Part shown: positions 10,201 through 21,700 of the stretch, piece by piece
Numbering within the stretch: the first letter of the stretch is position 1
How the letters are laid out: each line of letters starts with the position of its first letter
Source: Laetmonice hystrix
Lineage: Eukaryota
NCBI GenBank assembly: GCA_965235115.1
Contig: OZ249436.1
Coordinates: forward strand, 12,526,001-12,590,000
Reading direction: 5' to 3'
Length of the DNA: 64,000 nucleotides
Made by a program: the position numbers and the translations under genes
The notes under the pieces: model-generated
Seen by the model: the letters and a program-made list of their open reading frames with translations, nothing else
Databases searched by the model: none
What the model was told of the DNA's origin: nothing

Positions 10201-13200
10201 GGAATCGCTACAAGGTATACTGGCTGACCTAGCACCTAAGCGAACACTACAGTGAGGCCCAAGAGTACAGTGAGGCCAAATAGTACACTGTGGGGCCAAG
10301 CAGTGTGGGAGGCCAACCAGTAGGGTGAGAAGTCCCTACATCTTACCGGCTGGCCTATAGTAGACATGCAAACACTACAGTGAGGTTGTGGAAATGAAAG
10401 GTACAAGCCAGGAGCATCTAATGTGAAAATCTGGAGAAGATACTGAAATGGGAAGTGTACACATCACAAGCATATATCTGTAGCGAACGTACGAGACCTA
10501 TACGTTTGACAGTTATACATCTGGCCTAAGAATAATAATTTTGGGCGGGCGTAGTTTAAGTTGACGTATCAAAAATGTAGCCATTTTTCGCTTATCATTG
10601 CTTTAATCTGTCTCTCGCCACAGGTGCCTGCCAGCCCGGCCAGGTGTACGTGGTGATTCCACCGCTGGCCGGAAGGCGGCAGTGCAGTCAGCGCCGCCGC
10701 CGCCGCTTCAGTGGAGCTGCGCTGCACCCTAGTGTTTTCTGCCTGCAACATCTGTGTGTCATCTTTCTTTGTTTGTTTGTTACTTGGGGATGGGATATCT
10801 AATATAGAAAAGGCGTACAACGTCATTTGCCATTGTTAACTAAACCTTGACGGCAAACAGTCATTGGGACGACCTGACAACGTTGTTGGACGCTTACAGA
10901 TGGTCTGTAGGGGACACAGATTAGATGGGAGTAGATGATAGACGAGACGTATGGCCTGCCTCCTGGACAATAAAGGCATGGAAACATGAAACATGAGGCG
11001 TCCCTATACTACTGGCTACTCTTGTATACAAGCAAACGGTACAGGGAGGCCAAACAGTACAGGGAGGAATCGCTACAAGGTATACTGGCTGACCTAGCAC
11101 CTAAGCGAACACTACAGTGAGGCCCAAGAGTACAGTGAGGCCAAATAGTACACTGTGGGGCCAAGCAGTGTGGGAGGCCAACCAGTAGGGTGAGAAGTCC
11201 CTACATCTTACCGGCTGGCGTATAGTAGACATGCAAACACTACAGTGAGGTTGTGGAAATGAAAGGTACAAGCCAGTAGCATCTAATGTGAAAATCTGGA
11301 GAAGATACTGAAATGGGAAGTGTACACATCACAAGCATATATCTGTAGCGAACGTACGAGACCTATACGTTTGACAGTTATACATCTGGCCTAAGAATAA
11401 TAATTTTGGACGGGCGTAGTTTAAGTTGACGTATCAAAAATGTAGCCATTTTTCGCTTATCATTGCTTTAATCTGTCTCTCGCCACAGGTGCCTGCCAGC
11501 CCGGCCAGGTGTACGTGGTGATTCCACCGCTGGCCGGAAGGCGGCAGTGCAGTCAGCGCCGCCGCCGCCGCTTCAGTGGAGCTGCGCTGCACCCTAGTGT
11601 TTTCTGCCTGCAACATCTGTGTGTCATCTTTCTTTGTTTGTTTGTTACTTGGGGATGGGATATCTAATATAGAAAAGGCGTACAACGTCATTTGCCATTG
11701 TTAACTAAACCTTGACGGCAAACAGTCATTGGGACGACCTGACAACGTTGTTGGACGCTTACAGATGGTCTGTAGGGGACACAGATTAGATGGGAGTAGA
11801 TGATAGACGAGACGTATGGCCTGCCTCCTGGACAATAAAGGCATGGAAACATGAAACATGAGGCGTCCCTATACTACTGGCTACTCTTGTATACAAGCAA
11901 ACGGTACAGGGAGGCCAAACAGTACAGGGAGGAATCGCTACAAGGTATACTGGCTGACCTACCACCCAAGCGAACACTACAGTGAGGCCAAAGAGTACAG
12001 TGAGGCCAAATAGTACACTGTGGGGCCAAGCAGTGTGGGAGGCCAACCAGTAGGGTGAGAAGTCCCTACATCTTACCGGCTGGCCTATAGTAGACATGCA
12101 AACACTACAGTGAGGTTGTGGAAATGAAAGGTACAAGCCAGGAGCATCTAATGTGAAAATCTGGAGAAGATACTGAAATGGGAAGTGTACACATCACAAG
12201 CATATATCTGTAGCGAACGTACGAGACCTATACGTTTGACAGTTATACATCTGGCCTAAGAATAATAATTTTGGACGGGCGTAGTTTAAGTTGACGTATC
12301 AAAAATGTAGCCATTTTTCGCTTATCATTGCTTTAATCTGTCTCTCGCCACAGGTGCCTGCCAGCCCGGCCAGGTGTACGTGGTGATTCCACCGCTGGCC
12401 GGAAGGCGGCAGTGCAGTCAGCGCCGCCGCCGCCGCTTCAGTGGAGCTGCGCTGCACCCTAGTGTTTTCTGCCTGCAACATCTGTGTGTCATCTTTCTTT
12501 GTTTGTTTGTTACTTGGGGATGGGATATCTAATATAGAAAAGGCGTACAACGTCATTTGCCATTGTTAACTAAACCTTGACGGCAAACAGTCATTGGGAC
12601 GACCTGACAACGTTGTCGGACGCGTACAAATGGTCTGTAGGGGACACAGATTATATGAGAGTAGATGATATATAGACGAGACGTAGGGCCTGCCTCCTGG
12701 ACAATAAAGGCATGGAAACATGAAACATGAGGCGTCCCTATACTACTGGCTACTCTTGTATACAAGCAAACGGTACAGGGAGGCCAAACAGTACAGGGAG
12801 GAATCGCTACAAGGTATACTGGCTGACCTAGCACCTAAGCGAACACTACAGTGAGGCCCAAGAGTACAGTGAGGCCAAATAGTACACTGTGGGGCCAAGC
12901 AGTGTGGGAGGCCAACCAGTAGGGTGAGAAGTCCCTACATCTTACCGGCTGGCCTATAGTAGACATGCAAACACTACAGTGAGGTTGTGGAAATGAAAGG
13001 TACAAGCCAGGAGCATCTAATGTGAAAATCTGGAGAAGATACTGAAATGGGAAGTGTACACATCACAAGCATATATCTGTAGCGAACGTACGAGACCTAT
13101 ACGTTTGACAGTTATACATCTGGCCTAAGAATAATAATTTTGGGCGGGCGTAGTTTAAGTTGACGTATCAAAAATGTAGCCATTTTTCGCTTATCATTGC

Positions 13201-14444
13201 TTTAACCTGTCTCTCGCCACAGGTGCCTGCCAGCCCGGCCAGGTGTACGTGGTGATTCCACCGCTGGCCGGAAGGCGGCAGTGCAGTCAGCGCCGCCGCC
13301 GCCGCTTCAGTGGAGCTGCGCTGCACCCTGGTGTTTTCTGCCTGCAACATCTGTGTGTCATCTTTCTTTGTTTGTTTGTTACTTGGGGATGGGATATCTG
13401 ATATAGAAAAGGCGTACAACGTCATTTGCCATTGTTAACTAAACCTTGACGGCAAACAGTCATTGGGACGACCTGACAACGTTGTTGGACGCTTACAGAT
13501 GGTCTGTAGGGGACACAGATTAGATGGGAGTAGATGATAGACGAGACGTATGGCCTGCCTCCTGGAGAATGAAGGCACGGAAACATGAAACATAAGGCGT
13601 CCCTATACTACTGGCTACTCTTGTATACAAGCAAACGGTACAGGGAGGCCAAACAGTACAGGGAGGACTCGCTACAAGGTATACTGGCTGACCTAGCTCC
13701 CAAGCGAACACTACAGTGAGGCCAAAGAGTACATTGAGGCCAAATAGTACACTGTGGGGCCAAGCAGTGTGGGAGGCCAACCAGTAGAGTGAGAAGTCCC
13801 TACATCTTACCGGCTGGCCTATAGTAGCCATGCAAACACTACAGTGAGGTAGTGGAAATGAAAGGTACAGGCGAGGAGCATCTAATGTAAAAGTCTGGAG
13901 AACATACTGAAATGGGAAGTGTACACATCACAAGCATATATCTGTAGCGAACGTACGAGACCTATACGTTTGACAGTTATACATCTGGCCTAAGAATAAT
14001 AATTTTGGGTGGGCGTAGTTTAAGTTGACGTATCAAAAATGTAGCCATTTTTCGCTTATCATTGCTTTAACCTGTCTCTCGCCACAGGTGCCTGCCAGCC
14101 CGGCCAGGTGTACGTGGTGATTCCACCGCTGGCCGGAAGGCGGCAGTGCAGTCAGCGTCGCCGCCGCTTCAGTGGAGCTGCGCTGCACCCTGGTGTTTTC
14201 TGCCTGCAACATCTGTGTGTCATCTTTCTTTGTTTGTTTGTTACTTGGGGATGGGATATCTGATATAGAAAAGGCGTACAACGTCATTTGCCATTGTTAA
14301 CTAAACCATGACGGCAAACAGTCATTGGGACGACCTGACAACGTTGTTGGACGCTTACAGATGGTCTGTAGGGGACACAGATTATATGAGAGTAGATGAT
14401 ATATAGACGAGACGTAGGGCCTGCCTCCTGGACAATAAAGGCAT

Positions 14445-14546
14445 GTAAGGGTATCACACTGTTGCGAGAGGGGATATCTGGATAACCGCGAGGCGAAGCC
14501 GAGAGGTTATTCAGATATCCACGCGAGCAACAGTGTGATACCATAC
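14445..14546 (+). other. ~100-nt terminal fold-back hairpin of the insertion with GCGAAGC tip (also at +7492 and +14984)
   Basis: GGTATCACACTGTTGC / GCAACAGTGTGATACC and GGATATCTGGATAACC / GGTTATTCAGATATCC arms; tip GGC-GAA-GCC (GCGAAGC at 14493-14499). Confidence 0.93.
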
Positions 14547-14563
14547 GTATACACCAAGGCGTA

Positions 14564-14720
14564 CCGAGCAGTGGGATATTTCCGAAGATATCACACTCTC
14601 GTCACGGCTCCCTGGTCACATATCACACTCTCGTCACGGCTCTCTGGCCACATAACACACTGCAGACGCTTCCGATCCCGAGCAGTGTAACATTGCCGAA
14701 GATATCACACTCTCGTCACA
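14564..14720 (+). repeat. Internal direct repeats of the insertion built on ATATCACACTCTCGTCAC
   Basis: ATATCACACTCTCGTCAC at 14588, 14620 and 14702, with a degenerate ATAACACACT at 14652. A ~43-bp block CCGAGCAGTG...CCGAAGATATCACACTCTCGTCAC occurs twice. Confidence 0.9.
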
Positions 14721-14833
14721 CTTCGCTGGGCACAAGCGATCGGCCCCTCGTTCCACTTGGACGTGGTGGACACGAGTCCTGCTCGATTAGTTTCCATTTT
14801 TAAACACCCGGTCAACGTGTCAACATAACATTA

Positions 14834-15075
14834 GTGGCAGACCATTTAATAGCGGGGGAGGGGTATGGTTTTTTCGTTAAAAAAAGTTGGTTGCCAAGTT
14901 GACCCCCCAAAAATAGTTTGTTACCAAATATACATGTGTGAAATAAAATAGTTTGTTCAGCAATGTGTGTGAAAAAAAGAGATTGTTTATTTATGTTTAT
15001 TGTTTTGTTGCAAGTATAAAAAGTTTGGTCAGAAAGAAAAACCATACCCTCCCCCGCTATTAAATGGTCTGCCCC
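14834..15075. mobile_element. 242-bp MITE of PIF/Harbinger (Tourist-like) type nested in insertion copy 1
   Basis: ~40-bp TIRs GTGGCAGACCATTTAATAGCGGGGGAGGGGTATGGTTTTT / AAAAACCATACCCTCCCCCGCTATTAAATGGTCTGCCCC, flanked by TTA on both sides (14831-14833, 15076-15078), with an AT-rich interior. Confidence 0.88.
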
Positions 15076-15659
15076 TTAGGTGGAATGAGGGACGCTGAAG
15101 CAGAATACCACAGCGTTCTCTATGATCCACTGAGGTGGCCCCGTTGACAACTGCAGGGGGCTCGGCGGTATCTGTGCGGCAGTATTAATTGTGGGAGTTG
15201 CGGCCGAAGCTGCCCGGCATGAGTTTTTCCCTCTATTTTCTTCTTTCTTTAATAGTAAATTCGGAATTATTTGGACAATTACGTTCTCTCGGCACTGAAC
15301 CGCGTCGCTTTGTTTGTACATCTCCAGCTCAGTCGTTCATAGGGGGCGCTGTTTTTTGAGGTCACAAAAAGTGGCCTATACATGTAATTGTATATGCCCC
15401 TATTCTTGTTAAAAACAAAAAAGACTAGAATCCATTCTACTATTCTTGCTGAAGGTCGCATGGGAGACCCTTTCCGTTGTCCTTAATGGTGCCCTTCTGT
15501 TTATTTTTAAGGGATTTTTTTTAAGTACATGAAATCATTATTCTGCCCAAGTACATAATATCATTATTCATTGATAATATGTCGTATGACAGCTCACTTC
15601 GAGAGAAAACAACGAGAAAATCGAGGTGTTTTCTCGAGAGAGAAAAAACAAAACCGAGA

Positions 15660-15710
15660 GGTGCTATCGATATAGGCCCGAGCGAAGCGAGGGCGTATAT
15701 CGATAGCACC
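15660..15710 (+). other. Sub-terminal hairpin of the insertion with GCGAAGC tip (also at +7492 and +14984)
   Basis: Perfect 15-bp arms GGTGCTATCGATATA / TATATCGATAGCACC; inner GCCC-GA-GCGAAGC-GA-GGGC. Confidence 0.93.
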
Positions 15711-15726
15711 GCGAGGATAGGTAGGC

Positions 15727-15799
15727 GTCGCTGTGGCCGAAAAGGTAACAGCGCTGGACGGTGATGCCGCCGTGGTGGGTTCGAATCCTGCCGACGGCA
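15727..15799 (+). ncRNA. 73-nt tRNA-like element / Pol III type-2 promoter (not a canonical tRNA), copy 1
   Basis: GTCGCTG TGGCCGAAAAGGTA (A-box-like) ... GTGGG TTCGAAT CCTGC (T-arm, B-box GGTTCGAATCC) CGACGGC A. The acceptor stem pairs 6/7 counting G-U; the anticodon arm pairs poorly. Confidence 0.7.
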
Positions 15800-18700
15800 A
15801 ACACCGTCCAAAGGCGATATGCGTATCGCCATGGGGGCCAGAATATCCCACGGCCCCATGGTGTATACGGAAACATGAAACATGAGGCGTCCCTATACTA
15901 CTGGCTACTCTTGTATACAAGCAAACGGTACAGGGAGGCCAAACAGTACAGGGAGGAATCGCTACAAGGTATACTGGCTGACCTAGCACCTAAGCGAACA
16001 CTACAGTGAGGCCCAAGAGTACAGTGAGGCCAAATAGTACACTGTGGGGCCAAGCAGTGTGGGAGGCCAACCAGTAGGGTGAGAAGTCCCTACATCTTAC
16101 CGGCTGGCCTATAGTAGACATGCAAACACTACAGTGAGGTTGTGGAAATGAAAGGTACAAGCCAGGAGCATCTAATGTGAAAATCTGGAGAAGATACTGA
16201 AATGGGAAGTGTACACATCACAAGCATATATCTGTAGCGAACGTACGAGACCTATACGTTTGACAGTTATACATCTGGCCTAAGAATAATAATTTTGGAC
16301 GGGCGTAGTTTAAGTTGACGTATCAAAAATGTAGCCATTTTTCGCTTATCATTGCTTTAATCTGTCTCTCGCCACAGGTGCCTGCCAGCCCGGCCAGGTG
16401 TACGTGGTGATTCCACCGCTGGCCGGAAGGCGGCAGTGCAGTCAGCGCCGCCGCCGCCGCTTCAGTGGAGCTGCGCTGCACCCTAGTGTTTTCTGCCTGC
16501 AACATCTGTGTGTCATCTTTCTTTGTTTGTTTGTTACTTGGGGATGGGATATCTAATATAGAAAAGGCGTACAACGTCATTTGCCATTGTTAACTAAACC
16601 TTGACGGCAAACAGTCATTGGGACGACCTGACAACGTTGTTGGACGCTTACAGATGGTCTGTAGGGGACACAGATTAGATGGGAGTACATGATAGACGAG
16701 ACGTATGGCCTGCCTCCTGGACAATAAAGGCATGGAAACATGAAACATGAGGCGTCCCTATACTACTGGCTACTCTTGTATACAAGCAAACGGTACAGGG
16801 AGGCCAAACAGTACAGGGAGGAATCGCTACAAGGTATACTGGCTGACCTACCACCCAAGCGAACACTACAGTGAGGCCAAAGAGTACAGTGAGGCCAAAT
16901 AGTACACTGTGGGGCCAAGCAGTGTGGGAGGCCAACCAGTAGAGTGAGAAGTCCCTACATCTTACCGGCTGGCCTATAGTAGCCATGCAAACACTACAGT
17001 GAGGTAGTGGAAATGAAAGGTACAGGCGAGGAGCATCTAATGTAAAAGTCTGGAGAAGATACTGAAATGGGAAGTGTACACATCACAAGCATATATCTGT
17101 AGCGAACGTACGAGACCTATACGTTTGACAGTTATACATCTGGCCTAAGAATAATAATTTTGGGCGGGCGTAGTTTAAGTTGACGTATCAAAAATGTAGC
17201 CATTTTTCGCTTATCATTGCTTTAACCTGTCTCTCGCCACAGGTGCCTGCCAGCCCGGCCAGGTGTACGTGGTGATTCCACCGCTGGCCGGAAGGCGGCA
17301 GTGCAGTCAGCGCCGCCGCCGCCGCTTCAGTGGAGCTGCGCTGCACCCTGGTGTTTTCTGCCTGCAACATCTGTGTGTCATCTTTCTTTGTTTGTTTGTT
17401 ACTTGGGGATGGGATATCTGATATAGAAAAGGCGTACAACGTCATTTGCCATTGTTAACTAAACCTTGACGGCAAACAGTCATTGGGACGACCTGACAAC
17501 GTTGTCGGACGCGTACAAATGGTCTGTAGGGGACACAGATTATATGAGAGTAGATGATATATAGACGAGACGTAGGGCCTGCCTCCTGGACAATAAAGGC
17601 ATGGAAACATGAAACATGAGGCGTCCCTATACTACTGGCTACTCTTGTATACAAGCAAACGGTACAGGGAGGCCAAACAGTACAGGGAGGAATCGCTACA
17701 AGGTATACTGGCTGACCTAGCACCTAAGCGAACACTACAGTGAGGCCCAAGAGTACAGTGAGGCCAAATAGTACACTGTGGGGCCAAGCAGTGTGGGAGG
17801 CCAACCAGTAGGGTGAGAAGTCCCTACATCTTACCGGCTGGCCTATAGTAGACATGCAAACACTACAGTGAGGTTGTGGAAATGAAAGGTACAAGCCAGG
17901 AGCATCTAATGTGAAAATCTGGAGAAGATACTGAAATGGGAAGTGTACACATCACAAGCATATATCTGTAGCGAACGTACGAGACCTATACGTTTGACAG
18001 TTATACATCTGGCCTAAGAATAATAATTTTGGACGGGCGTAGTTTAAGTTGACGTATCAAAAATGTAGCCATTTTTCGCTTATCATTGCTTTAATCTGTC
18101 TCTCGCCACAGGTGCCTGCCAGCCCGGCCAGGTGTACGTGGTGATTCCACCGCTGGCCGGAAGGCGGCAGTGCAGTCAGCGCCGCCGCCGCCGCTTCAGT
18201 GGAGCTGCGCTGCACCCTAGTGTTTTCTGCCTGCAACATCTGTGTGTCATCTTTCTTTGTTTGTTTGTTACTTGGGGATGGGATATCTAATATAGAAAAG
18301 GCGTACAACGTCATTTGCCATTGTTAACTAAACCTTGACGGCAAACAGTCATTGGGACGACCTGACAACGTTGTTGGACGCTTACAGATGGTCTGTAGGG
18401 GACACAGATTAGATGGGAGTAGATGATAGACGAGACGTATGGCCTGCCTCCTGGACAATAAAGGCATGGAAACATGAAACATGAGGCGTCCCTATACTAC
18501 TGGCTACTCTTGTATACAAGCAAACGGTACAGGGAGGCCAAACAGTACAGGGAGGAATCGCTACAAGGTATACTGGCTGACCTACCACCCAAGCGAACAC
18601 TACAGTGAGGCCAAAGAGTACAGTGAGGCCAAATAGTACACTGTGGGGCCAAGCAGTGTGGGAGGCCAACCAGTAGAGTGAGAAGTCCCTACATCTTACC

Positions 18701-21700
18701 GGCTGGCCTATAGTAGCCATGCAAACACTACAGTGAGGTAGTGGAAATGAAAGGTACAGGCGAGGAGCATCTAATGTAAAAGTCTGGAGAAGATACTGAA
18801 ATGGGAAGTGTACACATCACAAGCATATATCTGTAGCGAACGTACGAGACCTATACGTTTGACAGTTATACATCTGGCCTAAGAATAATAATTTTGGGCG
18901 GGCGTAGTTTAAGTTGACGTATCAAAAATGTAGCCATTTTTCGCTTATCATTGCTTTAACCTGTCTCTCGCCACAGGTGCCTGCCAGCCCGGCCAGGTGT
19001 ACGTGGTGATTCCACCGCTGGCCGGAAGGCGGCAGTGCAGTCAGCGCCGCCGCCGCCGCTTCAGTGGAGCTGCGCTGCACCCTGGTGTTTTCTGCCTGCA
19101 ACATCTGTGTGTCATCTTTCTTTGTTTGTTTGTTACTTGGGGATGGGATATCTGATATAGAAAAGGCGTACAACGTCATTTGCCATTGTTAACTAAACCT
19201 TGACGGCAAACAGTCATTGGGACGACCTGACAACGTTGTCGGACGCGTACAAATGGTCTGTAGGGGACACAGATTATATGAGAGTAGATGATATATAGAC
19301 GAGACGTAGGGCCTGCCTCCTGGACAATAAAGGCATGGAAACATGAAACATGAGGCGTCCCTATACTACTGGCTACTCTTGTATACAAGCAAACGGTACA
19401 GGGAGGCCAAACAGTACAGGGAGGAATCGCTACAAGGTATACTGGCTGACCTAGCACCTAAGCGAACACTACAGTGAGGCCCAAGAGTACAGTGAGGCCA
19501 AATAGTACACTGTGGGGCCAAGCAGTGTGGGAGGCCAACCAGTAGGGTGAGAAGTCCCTACATCTTACCGGCTGGCCTATAGTAGACATGCAAACACTAC
19601 AGTGAGGTTGTGGAAATGAAAGGTACAAGCCAGGAGCATCTAATGTGAAAATCTGGAGAAGATACTGAAATGGGAAGTGTACACATCACAAGCATATATC
19701 TGTAGCGAACGTACGAGACCTATACGTTTGACAGTTATACATCTGGCCTAAGAATAATAATTTTGGACGGGCGTAGTTTAAGTTGACGTATCAAAAATGT
19801 AGCCATTTTTCGCTTATCATTGCTTTAATCTGTCTCTCGCCACAGGTGCCTGCCAGCCCGGCCAGGTGTACGTGGTGATTCCACCGCTGGCCGGAAGGCG
19901 GCAGTGCAGTCAGCGCCGCCGCCGCCGCTTCAGTGGAGCTGCGCTGCACCCTAGTGTTTTCTGCCTGCAACATCTGTGTGTCATCTTTCTTTGTTTGTTT
20001 GTTACTTGGGGATGGGATATCTAATATAGAAAAGGCGTACAACGTCATTTGCCATTGTTAACTAAACCTTGACGGCAAACAGTCATTGGGACGACCTGAC
20101 AACGTTGTCGGACGCGTACAAATGGTCTGTAGGGGACACAGATTATATGAGAGTAGATGATATATAGACGAGACGTAGGGCCTGCCTCCTGGACAATAAA
20201 GGCATGGAAACATGAAACATGAGGCGTCCCTATACTACTGGCTACTCTTGTATACAAGCAAACGGTACAGGGAGGCCAAACAGTACAGGGAGGAATCGCT
20301 ACAAGGTATACTGGCTGACCTAGCACCTAAGCGAACACTACAGTGAGGCCCAAGAGTACAGTGAGGCCAAATAGTACACTGTGGGGCCAAGCAGTGTGGG
20401 AGGCCAACCAGTAGGGTGAGAAGTCCCTACATCTTACCGGCTGGCCTATAGTAGACATGCAAACACTACAGTGAGGTTGTGGAAATGAAAGGTACAAGCC
20501 AGGAGCATCTAATGTGAAAATCTGGAGAAGATACTGAAATGGGAAGTGTACACATCACAAGCATATATCTGTAGCGAACGTACGAGACCTATACGTTTGA
20601 CAGTTATACATCTGGCCTAAGAATAATAATTTTGGGCGGGCGTAGTTTAAGTTGACGTATCAAAAATGTAGCCATTTTTCGCTTATCATTGCTTTAACCT
20701 GTCTCTCGCCACAGGTGCCTGCCAGCCCGGCCAGGTGTACGTGGTGATTCCACCGCTGGCCGGAAGGCGGCAGTGCAGTCAGCGCCGCCGCCGCCGCTTC
20801 AGTGGAGCTGCGCTGCACCCTGGTGTTTTCTGCCTGCAACATCTGTGTGTCATCTTTCTTTGTTTGTTTGTTACTTGGGGATGGGATATCTGATATAGAA
20901 AAGGCGTACAACGTCATTTGCCATTGTTAACTAAACCTTGACGGCAAACAGTCATTGGGACGACCTGACAACGTTGTTGGACGCTTACAGATGGTCTGTA
21001 GGGGACACAGATTAGATGGGAGTAGATGATAGACGAGACGTATGGCCTGCCTCCTGGAGAATGAAGGCACGGAAACATGAAACATAAGGCGTCCCTATAC
21101 TACTGGCTACTCTTGTATACAAGCAAACGGTACAGGGAGGCCAAACAGTACAGGGAGGACTCGCTACAAGGTATACTGGCTGACCTAGCTCCCAAGCGAA
21201 CACTACAGTGAGGCCAAAGAGTACATTGAGGCCAAATAGTACACTGTGGGGCCAAGCAGTGTGGGAGGCCAACCAGTAGAGTGAGAAGTCCCTACATCTT
21301 ACCGGCTGGCCTATAGTAGCCATGCAAACACTACAGTGAGGTAGTGGAAATGAAAGGTACAGGCGAGGAGCATCTAATGTAAAAGTCTGGAGAACATACT
21401 GAAATGGGAAGTGTACACATCACAAGCATATATCTGTAGCGAACGTACGAGACCTATACGTTTGACAGTTATACATCTGGCCTAAGAATAATAATTTTGG
21501 GTGGGCGTAGTTTAAGTTGACGTATCAAAAATGTAGCCATTTTTCGCTTATCATTGCTTTAACCTGTCTCTCGCCACAGGTGCCTGCCAGCCCGGCCAGG
21601 TGTACGTGGTGATTCCACCGCTGGCCGGAAGGCGGCAGTGCAGTCAGCGTCGCCGCCGCTTCAGTGGAGCTGCGCTGCACCCTGGTGTTTTCTGCCTGCA

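Larger units (their letters stand above)
14445..15868. mobile_element. 1424-bp non-autonomous hairpin-rich insertion without TSD, copy 1; family uncertain, possibly Crypton-like (tyrosine-recombinase mobilised)
   Basis: Interrupts GGCAT^GGAAAC. The monomer span is 2290 vs 866 bp, a difference of 1424, so there is no duplication (1-bp G ambiguity). Ends are GTAAGGG...GGTGTATAC. It has multiple hairpins and no credible ORF. Confidence refers to it being a mobile insertion; the family call is weaker. Confidence 0.88.

Noticed and set aside
15727..15799. Functional tRNA gene (possible GTG anticodon)
   Set aside because: The anticodon stem pairs poorly, the acceptor stem has a mismatch, and no oligo-T terminator follows. 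Kept only as tRNA-like.
14445..15868. Canonical Helitron, SINE/LINE or spliceosomal intron
   Set aside because: It lacks TC...CTRR ends in an AT target, has no TSD or A-tail, and its tRNA-like part is internal. It begins GTAAG but ends TAC rather than AG.
14812..16009. Short ORFs within the 1424-bp insertion as a transposase, recombinase or RT
   Set aside because: All are 131 aa or less, overlap each other, cross MITE or insertion boundaries, and lack catalytic motifs.
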